NCBI GenBank assembly: GCA_951804945.1
Contig: OX638154.1
Coordinates: 57,288,001 to 57,352,000 of the forward strand
Direction of reading: 5' to 3'
From: Podarcis cretensis
Taxonomy: Eukaryota
DNA: 64,000 nt
The notes under the pieces were generated by a model. It saw nothing but the letters and a program-made list of their open reading frames with translations. It did no database searches and had not been told where the DNA came from. Both the position numbers and the translations under genes were made by a program. The number at the start of each line of letters is the position of its first letter. Position 1 is the stretch's first letter. This document shows positions 10,588-23,600 of the stretch, one piece after another.

Positions 10588-11460
10588 GTTTGGTGAAATA
10601 AACAAGGTGCTTTAAAACAGCAGAAAAAAAAATACAAACAAGTGCCAGAATGAAAGGAAGCAAAAAGGAAATAAAGGGCAGAGAGAAGGGTTCCTGTAAT
10701 TTCTTCCACAATGATGAGCAAAAAATAAAATAAAATGTGTGTTTGCTATTTGAAACACTTTTAGAGGCTGGTAGTCAATATCAACTTATTACTGAACTAT
10801 CAGCTAGATACCAGTTATTTAGCACTGGCCCATTTCTGAACATTATTTAGATATTCACATCATCAGCAGTTCAGCACACTGCAGTGTAATGGAAAGTACT
10901 CCCTAAACTGAATTGGAACTGAGATCCAAAAGGGAAAAAAGGTAAATAAATATCTTGCATATATGTCAAACTATATTCTCCAAACAAAACCTTACATCTT
11001 ATGAAAGGAGTCAGAAAGTACCAACAAAACAAAACAAAAAAAGGTTTCTGCTTTCTACTACTATAATACTGTTAAATCTCCAAGGCTGAAAATGTCCCAT
11101 GTGTTGATTTTCTGCCTTTTTTAAAAAATTAGGTGGTGAAGTAGAAATTCAAACACAGGAAGAAAATGCATATATATGAGAGCACTGGTTCACCAAAATA
11201 TCAAATATACAGTATTCTAGTGTCAAAAGTACAGGCAGAAATGTCCAAGAATTCTTGGTGAAAAGGGGGTAATTGAGGAGTAAAAATTCTACTTGACAAT
11301 CACTCACATTTTAACAGTGCATTAATTATAACAAAAGCCAGATGGTAAGTGAGCAACAGAGTCATAGTGTTCAGTGTTTACTGCAGAATATTTCTTTTCT
11401 GCTCATTTATATGAGGTTGGAAACATATACTCATGTATGGAAAACTTTTAAGGAGCTATG

Positions 11461-11466
11461 TTTATT
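11461..11466 (-). terminator. Candidate proximal poly(A) signal AATAAA for FAF1
   Basis: tttatt on the + strand, about 140 nt after the stop codon. Confidence 0.35.
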
Positions 11467-11607
11467 CTTCCTTTCCAGCTTCTTGAAAGAGGCAGAGTTG
11501 TGACATTGATTTTTGAGTTAAATGACAGTACACGGTGATTTGGATAAAGCGTTCACCGTGCCTCGTTCATTATCAAAGGATTGCTTAGTCCTCCAATCTG
11601 GCTCGAT

Positions 11608-11691
11608 CTATTCTTTTGCCTCTAGGAAAAGTGTTTCTTGAGGGTACAATTTTAATTCCAGTAATGATTTATTTGGATCCAGCTGGGTCAC
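11608..11691 (-). CDS. FAF1: FAF1 terminal coding exon including stop, 84 nt
   Basis: tcttcacag|GTG ACC CAG ... AAA GAA TAG; VTQLDPNKSLLELKLYPQETLFLEAKE*. Confidence 0.96.
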   Translation of the reverse strand: MTQLDPNKSLLELKLYPQETLFLEAKE

Positions 11692-14562
11692 CTGTGAAGA
11701 CAAAAAAATAACAGAAAAAAACCTGAAAAAACAAGTACAGGTAGCCGTCGTATATACATTTTCAAAAGCAGACTGATAACTATTTTAGGGCCTTTTAATT
11801 TTTTTACTTATAACATTCAGGAAAATAGCATCAATTCATACATAAGAATATGTATATATTTACAATGGGCTGCAAGAAAGATAGGCTTATTGTAAGTTGC
11901 ATTTCGTATCACCTGGCAAAAGGTCTCTTATTTTCTTTATTTAGAGAATCTATCAGCATTTGTCAGTGCAGATGTTATGTTTGTGAGATTATTGGAATCT
12001 TACAGGTACACAGGACAGAAACGACATGCCTAGCACTTTTTTCTATATAGACCCAAAATACTCACTTAATTTAATTGGTGTTTCAAATATGTGAATGGCT
12101 TAGAAATCCTCTAAAATTTGATTTTGCAGTGCATTGCAGAGAGCATGTCACCTATGTACAGTGGAACCTCGGGTTGCGGACGTAATCCGTGATGGAGGCA
12201 CGTCTGCAACCTGCAGTGTTCACATCCTGAAGTGCCGCGTCTGCGCAGGCATGATTTGGCGCTTCTGCACATGCGGCAAAACCCCGGAAGTAACCCATTC
12301 CGGTACTTCCGGGTTTCCCGCAGTCCACAACCCAAAAACACCTGAAGCAGCCGTAGCATGAGGTATGACAGTAATTGACAAATCCATTTCAGCTCACTCC
12401 ATGCTTAAATTCCATTGACTTTCTTTCCCCAATAGTGCTTGGATATGATTACATTTTCCAAGTTTAAAATCTGGGCTTGAAAAGATATATTACTGGAAAC
12501 TCTACTGCATAATAGGAGAGTGATTTAATTGTTTACCCACACCTGTGAAACCATACTGTATGATTTACCAACAATTGCTATCTAATGAAACACATACATT
12601 AGAAAGGAGCACAGCTCTACTACAATATGCATGTACACTTTTGTGTAGAAGTATACAGTATACCTTCCCAGCAATTACAATTTGAGCTTTTAGGATAGGG
12701 TCTCACCTGAAAACATTAAATACATGTTTTATTAGACCAGATTGCCATTCCCCCCTCTCCCGCTCATACTCTGTATGCAAAACTACTTTTCACTGGCAGA
12801 CTGTACATGGGCAGTGAATTGTGGGATGATGAATAACTGCATTGGACTATGTAGCTGCAATCAAAGGCACAAGCGTGTAACCACATGGGGTGCATTAAAA
12901 TTTGAAATAAGTAGTAACTGTCTACTGCTCACAAACACAGGGCAATTTTATGTCAGGCATTACTGAACAAATCAAGTTCCAGTAGTTGCTGAAGTCCCAC
13001 TTTGTGAACAGAAAAAAGATAGTTCCATACCATTGTTACTTAAGTCTTATTCCTAGTGTTATATCCCACCTCAGCCCTCCACTGGTGTTCTAGCTTTGTT
13101 TCAACCGTTCCATTTTTCTGTGTTTTTAAAATTGAATTGATTTTATTTTGTTTGGATGGTTAGTATTTTAAATTCTATACTGCTTGTTGCACTTGGTGAC
13201 GCTCCGCTGATGGAAGGCATCTGTCAGCAGAACAGGGAGGAAGGGAATTTTCTGGGGGTTGGGGGATCCTCGGAGGCAGATTTCAGATGGAGTGGTGGTC
13301 TTTGGGAGGGGAAGGAAGCACCTAATTTTCTATTCCTCCCTGTTCCACTGATGAATGCCTTTTGTCAGCAGAATGACACCAACTAGATTCTACCACATAC
13401 ATAAATATGTCATAACACCATACTATGAATGCTTGAGATTATAAAATGTTTTAAAAGCCCATTAAAAAGGATTTGTGATATAGCATTTTCTACAAAGTAT
13501 TATTTCCAAAGAACATACCACTTAAAATGAATGGGAAGAAACTATCTTAGAAAATATGTTTTATAAAACTACTGCGACTCTGAATTCTGTTTTGCACTTA
13601 CAGAAGCCTAGTAATGAAGCTTTTTGTTTCATATTTAAAGCCTTTAGCATTTCACTGCTACAGTGCTGAACCATTTTTTGGACAAGAGGTACCGTGCACC
13701 TGAGAAAAGCAATTTGCTTTCTCTGTTCAGTTCAAGTCTGTATCTAATTAAATCCACTCACTTTCCAAATCCCATAACCCCTTTATTGCAAAAGCAAGGA
13801 AAGGTAAGTAGAGTGAGAATGTCTTCTGTGTATCAGGCGAAAACTGGTTTGAAAAGCGAGGCTGGGTTAATGAACACTATCCTCCAGACTGTAACCAGAT
13901 GGAAACCTATTATTCACTTGAGTGTAATTAAGGATGCACATCCTAATCGGAACTCTTGGGTTTACAAACTCAAGTTACCCTTAATAACAACTATCAACGA
14001 TGTCCTTTTCTCAAGTGTTTTCAACTTTGGAGGTTAGCGGAGTACCTGTGCTAAGAGGAGGTTTGCTGCTTTTCACCCTTGATTTCAGTGTGCCTGCTGG
14101 TTTTTTAATTCACCTAGGGACTGCAGAGTTTGCAAATGTTTACACCATTACCCAATTAACTAACAATATGGCTCCTACATCTGTCAACAAACAAAGCTGT
14201 TGTTGCTTTGTTTTAGCTGCTTGGCATTTTCTGTTCATATGGGTCGCCATTGTACTTAATTATCACGCCAGATCCCGTCTGCAGCATTTACTTTGTTATT
14301 TGTAGTATGTAAATATGTTGCTTTAGCATGGAAAACAGAAGCTTTATTATCACTCCTCTGACCGAAAGATAGGCTTTAGATGGCAAGCAAAAAACCTGAA
14401 AGCAGCAACAACTGAAAGGAGAATTAGAAACAAGTTATCTCTGGGCATATTCAGGCAGTACTTTCCTCCTGAAATTGTATCCAGGATGACAGCAAGAACC
14501 GTCTTCATGAACATGGTCTTCTTCCCTCCCATGCCCTCTTCACCACTTTCTGATACCTGATA

Positions 14563-14607
<45 letters not shown>

Positions 14608-17600
14608 ATCTGATGCCCTGCAACATTATTTTTACATTCTTTGAGTTCAAATAACAGTTCTCTGTTGAAGTAAATCAAACACCATAATTTATCCCACACT
14701 TCTAAATCCTGAAAATTACCGTAAGTTCAATAAGTTCAATTACCGTAAGTTCAATACTACCACATTTCTCCTGAAGGCTCAAATATTTACATCAAAAGCC
14801 ATTTCCTAATATTAGGGACATTCCTAAAATGGCTTGTATTTCTGCCTACAATTCAACCTCATTTAGCAATGAGCCACTGGGATTCATTATTAGCCAATTA
14901 GATATGATCACCTGCGGCTTGTCCAAAGACCTCATCTTAGTAGAGTTAATCTTGGGAGAATCATCCTTAAATTTTAAATTTCCCTTATTAGTCGCTGGCT
15001 TTCCTAGGGCACTTGAAGGGTTGTCTTGAATGGTCTTTTCCTCTTGACTGTGGATTTGGCTGTAACCTTCACAATCTCCCTCTTCACCCAAGAAACTTTG
15101 TTCTATGAGCATTATATTTAGCTCAGTGACCAGGAATGAAGGGGGTTATAGTGCAACAACAGCTGGGGACCCCAGTTTGAGAAACATTGAAGCTGATGGT
15201 TAAATAGTATTTATATATAAAGAAGAATTACTCAAATAGTATACATGTAAATGTATTCAATAACTTATGGGTACAATATACTATCAACTAAAGTAAAAGG
15301 GACGCGGGTGGCATTGTGGGTTAAACCACAGAGCCTAGGGCTTGCCGATCAGAAGGTTGGCGGTTCGAATCCCCGTGACGGGTGAGCTCCCGTTGCTTGG
15401 TCCCTGCTCCTGCCCACCTAGCAGTTCGAAAGCACGTCAAAGTGCAAGTAGATAAATAGGTACCGCTCCGGCGGGAAGGTAAACAGTGTTTCTGTGCACT
15501 GCTCTGGTTCGCCAGAAGTGGCTTAGTCATGCTGGCCACATGACCCGGAAGCTGTACGCCGGCTCCCTCGGCCAGTAAAGCGAGATGAGCGCCGCAACCC
15601 CAGAGTCGGTCACAACTGGACCTAATGGTCAGAGGTCCCTTTACCTTTACCTTAAAGTAACTAAAATTATCCCGGTTCTTATCATTCCATTGTATCATAT
15701 ATTGTAAGAAGGGGACATGGGTGGCGCTGTGGTCTAAACCACTGAGCCTCTTGGGCTCACCGATCGGAAAGTCGGCAGTTCGAATCCCCATGACCAGGTG
15801 AGCTCCCGTTGCTCTGTCCCAGCTTCTGCCAACCTAGCAGTTGAAAAGCATACCAGTGTGAGAAGATAAATAGGTACCGTTGGGTTAAAAAGGTAAATGG
15901 CATTTCCATGCACTCTGGCTTCCGTCATGGTGTTCAGTTGCGCCAGAAGCGGTTTAGTCATGCTGGTCACATGACCCGGAAAGCTCTCTATGGTGAGCGC
16001 TGCACCCCATAGTCGCTTTTGACTGGACTTACTGCCCAAGGGTTATTTACCTTTACCTTACCTGTATTGTAAGATGCTGGTAAACCTTTGCATTGAGGGG
16101 AAAATCAATAGAAAGAAAGTTCTGAATCATACTGGAATTGCTAGGAGAATAGTAGCTGATACATACTCAGTGGTCCACCCCCATTGTTGGGCAGATAATA
16201 ACCAGCAGAATATGGCTCCCTATGTTACAGCTCCGTTCCAATTTGAAGCACCATACCTCTGGGTAAAGCTATTTAGGCTACAATGGCTGAAACAGTAATA
16301 TCAATAGAAGCCAATAGAAAGTCTCCAGTCGGATCATGGACTTCATCCACAGTGTTTTCTTAGGTTGGGGTATTATTTTTGTTTTTTTTATATTTTTATT
16401 TAGGCTCTTATGATTTATATGGAAATTGTTCAATTTGGTTGTGTACTTTTGATGTTTTCTTTATTGTTTATTACTGCTTCTGTTATGTTTGTATGTTTAC
16501 TTTTTTTTTGTATGTTTTAAGTCACCAAGAGCATGGTTTGAACTTTGGGAAGGCAGCATACAAATAAATGATGGACTGAATGACTGATTGATTTTCTAGG
16601 GCTTCTATCAGTATAGTGGATTTGTATTCAAATACATTTCTTAATAGAGCTCATCCTCTCCAAACCCCTGTTTACATATTCACCTTAGCTGACCCTGCAT
16701 GTAACACCAAATGCTCACACCCTATACAACAGCAATTTACTGCTTCCTACATACAGCTCCTTATGCACACTGATCCAGGAATAAAATGTAAAGTGAAATA
16801 ATGGCAAGCAGCCTAGTCAGGTCATTTAAAGTAATGATAGGAATATACAACTATTGTAAGTCAAACATGAGTAACAAGGATCATACTCATTACTTTCGTT
16901 CACGCCCTAGAACAGGATTCTGTTCTCAAGAAGGCAAACTTCCTTTGCCATTTACACATGCTTGAATTACTCTGGTGAATCTAGTGGACAAAGAATCCTT
17001 TAACTTTCTTTCCTAATCCCCCTTATCAAGGTGTAAGTGCTGTGAAAATCACTTAAATGCACACCTGGTGGAGGACAAAATCTTTTTCAAAATCTGTATT
17101 ATCTCAGTATGACACAAACGAGAACAGTCAATTCATTCTGTCTGATAAAATAATAATCTCTACGTATACTAGGATTCTGTAATTAAGAGCTTCAAACAAG
17201 GGTCCAAATAAACACACACTTTGAAGAGGTGCAATTTGATCTGATTTAGCAACACTCATCTGCCAATGGTTTTTATTGGCAATCTGAAATGTCCAAGAAT
17301 AATGGGAAAAGAAATATATAATGTGTACTTTAATAAAAATGGGTTATTTTTTTAACAATGCTGGTCATAATACAACACTTTAAAACAACTGGGTTATTCA
17401 AATTGAATGTGTGTATGAATTTTAAGACTAGGAATCACGTAAGTCTATGACCAATCAACTATATTTCTTCTAATTAAATAAAAATAAATATCAAAGTACT
17501 TCAATACAATTACATCTTGAGGAAATTTGATTAAGACAGCCCTTCCTTTAGAGAAAATAATTATGGTTAGGAAAATCATTACTGTATCCTGCCCTGGGAC

Positions 17601-20600
17601 CGAAGGGTGAAGGGCAGGTAGTAACAATAAAAATGGTTTGCATCACTTTGATATTATATAAAATAGTCTCCAAAGGTTTGTATTGTTTTATATAAGGAAA
17701 TGTTCTAAAATGTTTTTACACTTTTTTGTTTTATGGTTGTCAACTGTTTTGTTTTATACAGTAGTTGTATATTTTATTATACAGTAAAAGGGGCACAAGA
17801 AATCAAATGAATAAATGCAGATTCTTTACAATACCCTCTCCCTCAACCTGGTGACCACCAAAGATTTTTGACTCACAAGTCCCACCAGCCCTAGCCAGCA
17901 TAGGCAATGGTCATGGAGATGCTAGCGGTAGTCCTGGAGTGCACCAGGTTGGGGAAGTCTAGTTCACAACAGTGCTACCAGAAATGAGCTTTTGAAGGAG
18001 ACCGCTCCAACTGATTCAAAGTCACCTTTTAAAAATACTGTTTAGGAAAGAAGGAGTTGCACAAGTTCAGTTATACATATTTTCAGCATGAATGTTCTTT
18101 AAAAATGGTTTTTGATGGTTTTTTATTTGTCGCCTTGGGCTTCTTTGGGGAAGAAGGGTGTGGGATAAAAATCTATTGAAAATCAGTCTGCTAAGACCTG
18201 TCAGTCTTGCAGATGTGTGAGCTAAGTTGTGCAATGTTTTTTCCGGCCAAAAATTACAAGCATGGGTCACGGAAAAGGATTTATGAGGAATAAACAAGTT
18301 TCAGGGGAAATTATAGCACATTTGCTCTATTCCTTATTTTACAGGGTCTGATTGGACACGTCCTGAAATCGCTATGCTAAATGGCATCCAGGCGGATTTT
18401 TGCTGAATTGGCAAAATGTCCAGGAAAACCCGGATGTATGGTAAGTAGAGCTATTTTAAAAAATAATAATAATCAGGGAAAATAAAAGGAAAGCCCCCAA
18501 ATGATATTTGGGGGGGGTATGTTCCCCCCGAAAGCTCAGCAACTTTGTCTGGATTTTCACCTTTGGGAATATGGCAACCCTAATATAAGGAGTGAGATAT
18601 GGTGCAGAGGAATCTCACCAAACACATGATGGTCAATAGAGGAGTAAAGCCAGGCTGCCTATTCACACCTATCCTACATAAATGACATCTAAACACATGA
18701 CATAGTCCATAGACTGGAAACCTAGGATGCATGCTCCCCTGCAACACATGGGAGAAACATTTGCATCAATGTATGCAAATAGCTTGGTACTACTGTCTTT
18801 TACTCACCTAGGCTTGAAGAAATTTCTTAAAAGGTTTATAATTTTTAATTTAGGATGTTTTAATGCTCTGATGGAATTTCTATTGTGTATTTTAATTATG
18901 GATGGATTTTATAGTTGCAAACTACTTAAAGGCCATTTTGGCACATGTAGAAATCTAGAAGAACAGAAGGTTTCCCCTCTATTTTGGGCTCTTCTAGAAC
19001 GCCTATAGATTATGCCTTCTGGATAGCAGATACCTATCTCCCAATGGATTTGCATCTGGAATTTGAAACAGGTGGAGAATATAGGGAAATGTCCTTTATG
19101 TGATGGTCCAAGGGGAAATTCCTTTAAACATTTTGTCTAGTTTGACAACCTATTCAGACATTTTGTCTAGTTTAACAACCTATTCAGATGAAGAGATTAA
19201 AATATTAAAATATATTTTAATCTCTTTAATTTTAAAAATTAAAATATATTTACCCATTTGCTACAAACAGAACAACATTGTAAGCATTAGCAGCAAGACA
19301 AAATGGGAAGAACGAAAGTAGCCTCATATGAGATTTAAGAGTTTTTCCCCCAGTTTCTTGAAAACGGGGACTTTTCATAGTATTTGGAGGAAATATTTAG
19401 TAGAATTATACAGTGTTTCAACTTTTATTATCCATCTATTTTATTGTTCATCTTTATTGTTTTAGCACCCTGAGCTCCTTTGGGGAGGAAGCTTGGGATA
19501 TTAATTTAACTAAAAGAATATGTTTATGTGTTGGAAACTTTACACTGGCACTTCATTTTTACAGTTGTCAAGGACAACGGCTGGCACAACGATTTTGCTG
19601 AGGAATGTTGATAATGATGATGACAACTGTGAATTTTGAGTGCTTCTAAAATGAAATCTAGTGTAACATTTTCCTCTGTGGGTTGCTAAAGGTCAGTGCA
19701 CTATGCACTCACTTTATAGGCTTGTGAATTATTTCAGTTCAACAATTAACATATATGCATTGTAAGATGCTAAGAAAATATTTTATTCCCTCCATTTTCT
19801 GAGCATGAGAATATCTGAAGCCATAAGTGAAAGTACCTGTGCTGAACTATGAAAAAAGCTATATATGAATGTTTTCAAACCAAACAGAGTTTGAGACACA
19901 GAAGACTAAATATAGACTGTATGCTAAGAAGGGATTGGCCTTTAATTTGAACGCACATTTCTAGTTATCAATGTAGGGAAGTGTTTCTAAAACATTTAGA
20001 ATGGTGAACAGAAGATGTGCAGATGCTACAATATGACTGACTGATATACAGATTAAATCAATAACATGTATACAAAAATGCAGTGGCAATTTACAGATTC
20101 TTAAAGAGTTCTGGCAGTGCAAACCCCATCGGAATGAACAGGGCTAGAGCTGAAGGATCACTTTGAGGATCAGAGCCTTATTAAGATGCATTTACTTGTC
20201 CAATTACCAAAACAGCAGGAGATCATTAAATTTTCTAGTTAGCAGACACAGCAATGTTAATATCTTAATGTTGCCAAGGCTATTTCTTGGCATTTTGCTA
20301 CTACACTTTCTTTCTTCTAGCAAAAATTCATAAAATAAAAGCTAAGCATGAGAAAAAAATAACACATACGCGCACACACCCCAAGATTGTTTAACAGGTG
20401 ACACAAAGAGGCAACTTCCCCCAACTTCTGAGAATGATCAGACAACACACTAATCAAATAAAGTTTGAAACCAGTTGAGAGAAAGGACCATAGTGAAAAT
20501 TGGGGGTGGGTGGAAGAGAGAAGAGACTGGTGGTGCATTTGAACAGAATACTTTCATCTTGTAGACAGCTGTATGTAGTGTTCAACATGTTTAGTTGGTC

Positions 20601-23600
20601 ATTTTCTGAGAAACGAACTGTCAAATTAAGATGCCCACTGAGTATTTAGCACTCAGCTTAGACTATTCAGTATTTCTTTTCAGCTCCAGAAGCAATTTAG
20701 AAAAAGGTGGCAGGTTGCAATCACTGGAACTTATTTCTGTGTAGACATATATTATGAAAAGTGTCAATACAGAAGAGGGAGATTTGTCTTTATCATGTTA
20801 CTAAAAGTATGTCTGGGATCATTGGCAGTGGGTTCAAGACAGAATAAAGGAAAACTTTTTTCCATAAATGTATGGAAATTACTAATGCAAGTTGCTATTC
20901 TGGCTGCTAACATAGATGGATTTTTTAAAAAAGAATTATCAACAAAATTATGGAAGCTAGATCGATGACAATTAGTCATGAAAGCATAAACAAAAACAAA
21001 TTGTGCATGGTCAACAGCAGTAAGCATTTGAATATCAAATATTGGAGACAAATAACAGCATAGTCATTCCTTCCATAGGTATCCTGATAGCTACTGTGGA
21101 TAGTAGACTAATTCAGAAATACACAATTCCTGAATTCAGAAATATGATACACATTGCACTATAGCTTCTTGCTTGCAACATCAAGCTCCCCTCTGTAGTG
21201 CATAAACTGTACAAAACAACACCAACACCTGCTTCTTACCAAAAACAAAACCAAGGAAAGGGAAGAAGGGTGAAGGCGGAAGTGTTTTTAATCTTTAACC
21301 TGTATTTTATAGTCATGCCATTGCTAGACACAATCTGGCTCTAAACCAGCCTAAATCCTTCTCTTGAGTGGATGAACTATATTATTTCAGTCAGATTAAA
21401 TTTATTTTAACTACTCCTTTGTAAGGGAGGAAAGAGAGATAGTTACCCCCCCTTCTTGTTTATTTAAACTGCTGTTGGAATTGACTAATTAAAGGGATTT
21501 TTAAAAGCATAATACTCTAAACAGAGCAAACTGGTTCTGAATTATTAAGCAACATTTTAGATGCATTTGAATAACCTTAAGTGACTTAACTGCCACCTGA
21601 TCCTAAGCTACAGCTCAGATAAATAAATGTGAAATACTGTAGACGTCCTAGCTTACTAAGGCTTCCAGATACAGTAAATAAAGAGCTTAAGTCCCCAGTA
21701 CACAGTCTGTAAAATACATACTCTCTGATAAATGGAGTTCACTGGTGTACTTTTAAAGAGGAAATGCAGGGCAGGGAAAAAAACAGGGTTTAATTTTTAT
21801 TACAAAGGAAAATTGCAGGTGCAGACTGTTAAGACATGCCGGAGCTCTTGGGAGATGTGAAGGAGCCTTGTCTGTGTTTCAAATGCCATACAAAAACCCA
21901 GTGTCATAACCTCTCTTGAGTGGTCAACTCCACCTCTCTTGAGTTGTCACCCTGGCAATAAAAGGATATCATTTCTCACAGGCAAAAGAAACAGTCAAAC
22001 ATTATCTTTATTAGAGCCAACTAAAAGGTCACAAACAGTGATCAAGCTTTCAAGTTTTCGATGGCTTGCTCACTTCTCTAAGATCTTTTAGGTGGTCCTC
22101 ATAAAGATACTACTGCACTGTTTCTTTTGGATTATTTTTTTTTAAAGGGGGAACATGACTTTCTACAATTTCCTTCCGCTTTGGAGATTTCCAGCATCAT
22201 ATATGTCTAATTACATGGAATTGCTGTTCTTCCACTCACTGAAGATCTTTTGACTGACTGATTGATGTTTTTGTAAATGGAAGAGGAGGGAAGGCAATTT
22301 TGGTTGGCCTGCCATTCACCCTGCAGCCTCCCACGTCACCTTTCACCTTGTCATAGAGGGCTCAGTCCCTGACTTTCCCTCTGCTAAGTGAGGAAGGTCT
22401 GCAGGGTGCTTCTACTCTTCACAAAAGCAGGAACTTTGAAACAGATTGTGCAAGACTTTATACTCAAGGTGGTATACATGGTTCTCACCTTCCTAAATTA
22501 ATCCTCACAACCACCCTGTTGGGTAGGTTAGGCTGAGAGGCAGTGACTGGTCCAAGGTCACCCAGTAAGCTAAATGGCAAAGTGGGGATTGGAACACTGA
22601 TCTCCTGGGTCCTAGTTCAACACCCTAACCATTACACCACACTGGCACTACTCAACACAGAGAGGGCTGAGGACTGAGGGAGAGCAAAAGGTGCAAGCAC
22701 ACTGTAAGAAGCCTTGCATGCATGCTCCTACCCCCATCCCCATTTTGAGCATACTCATATATAGGTGAATGTTGAAACATGCGTCTAGGTGCACTTCTAA
22801 GTACGTCTGAGCATTTGAACACATACTTTAAATAAGCGTATAGAGCTGTTAAATGCCATCTGAAATGAGGACCAGGCAACGTTAAGACTTCTGTGGAAAC
22901 AAGCACTGAACTCTCCTCTCTTTTCTCTTTCAGATGCTGGCACCAACTTTGAACCATAACAAATGGTAATGGCAAAGGATGTACAGTGGTACCTCGGGGT
23001 ACATATGCTTCAGGTTATATACGCTTCAGGTTACAGACTCCACTAACCCAGAAATAGTACCTCGGGTTAAGTACTTTGCTTCAGGATAAAAACAGAAATT
23101 GTGCTCCGGCAGCATGGTGGCAGCAGAAGGCCCCATTAGCTAAAGTGGTGCTTCAGGTTAAGAACAGTTTCAGGTTAAGAACAGACCTCCGGAACGAATT
23201 AAGTACTTAACCCGAGGTACCACTGTACAAGTATTCCACAGCATTCTAATGCTCTTTAACCTTGTTATACAGTTGCAAACAACTCCAAGTTGTTAATGAT
23301 TTCAAAATGGAGTTGTAAGCATTTATTGTATATTTTTATTGAGTCAGAGAGTAAGGAGAAGTTGGCTTAACCCTCTACACCAATGCAGGTAATACCTATC
23401 ATAGTGTCTTTCCCATTTTAGGTGCTTCAGGATGTCACTGATATTTTAAAAGCTACAAGTTATCTCTAGAATAAGTTAATCTTTGTATTTACTGTAGAAG
23501 TTTGTATTTACAGTAGGGTTATGATACTGACTTTGTCAGCCAAGGATATATGTTCAAGTGACTGGAATGTACAAGAAGGAATTAATGAATTCATATTTAC

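Noticed and set aside
22040-22075. Hammerhead ribozyme in the Penelope-like fragment
   Set aside because: The GAAA half is present on the minus strand, but the CUGANGA core is missing.
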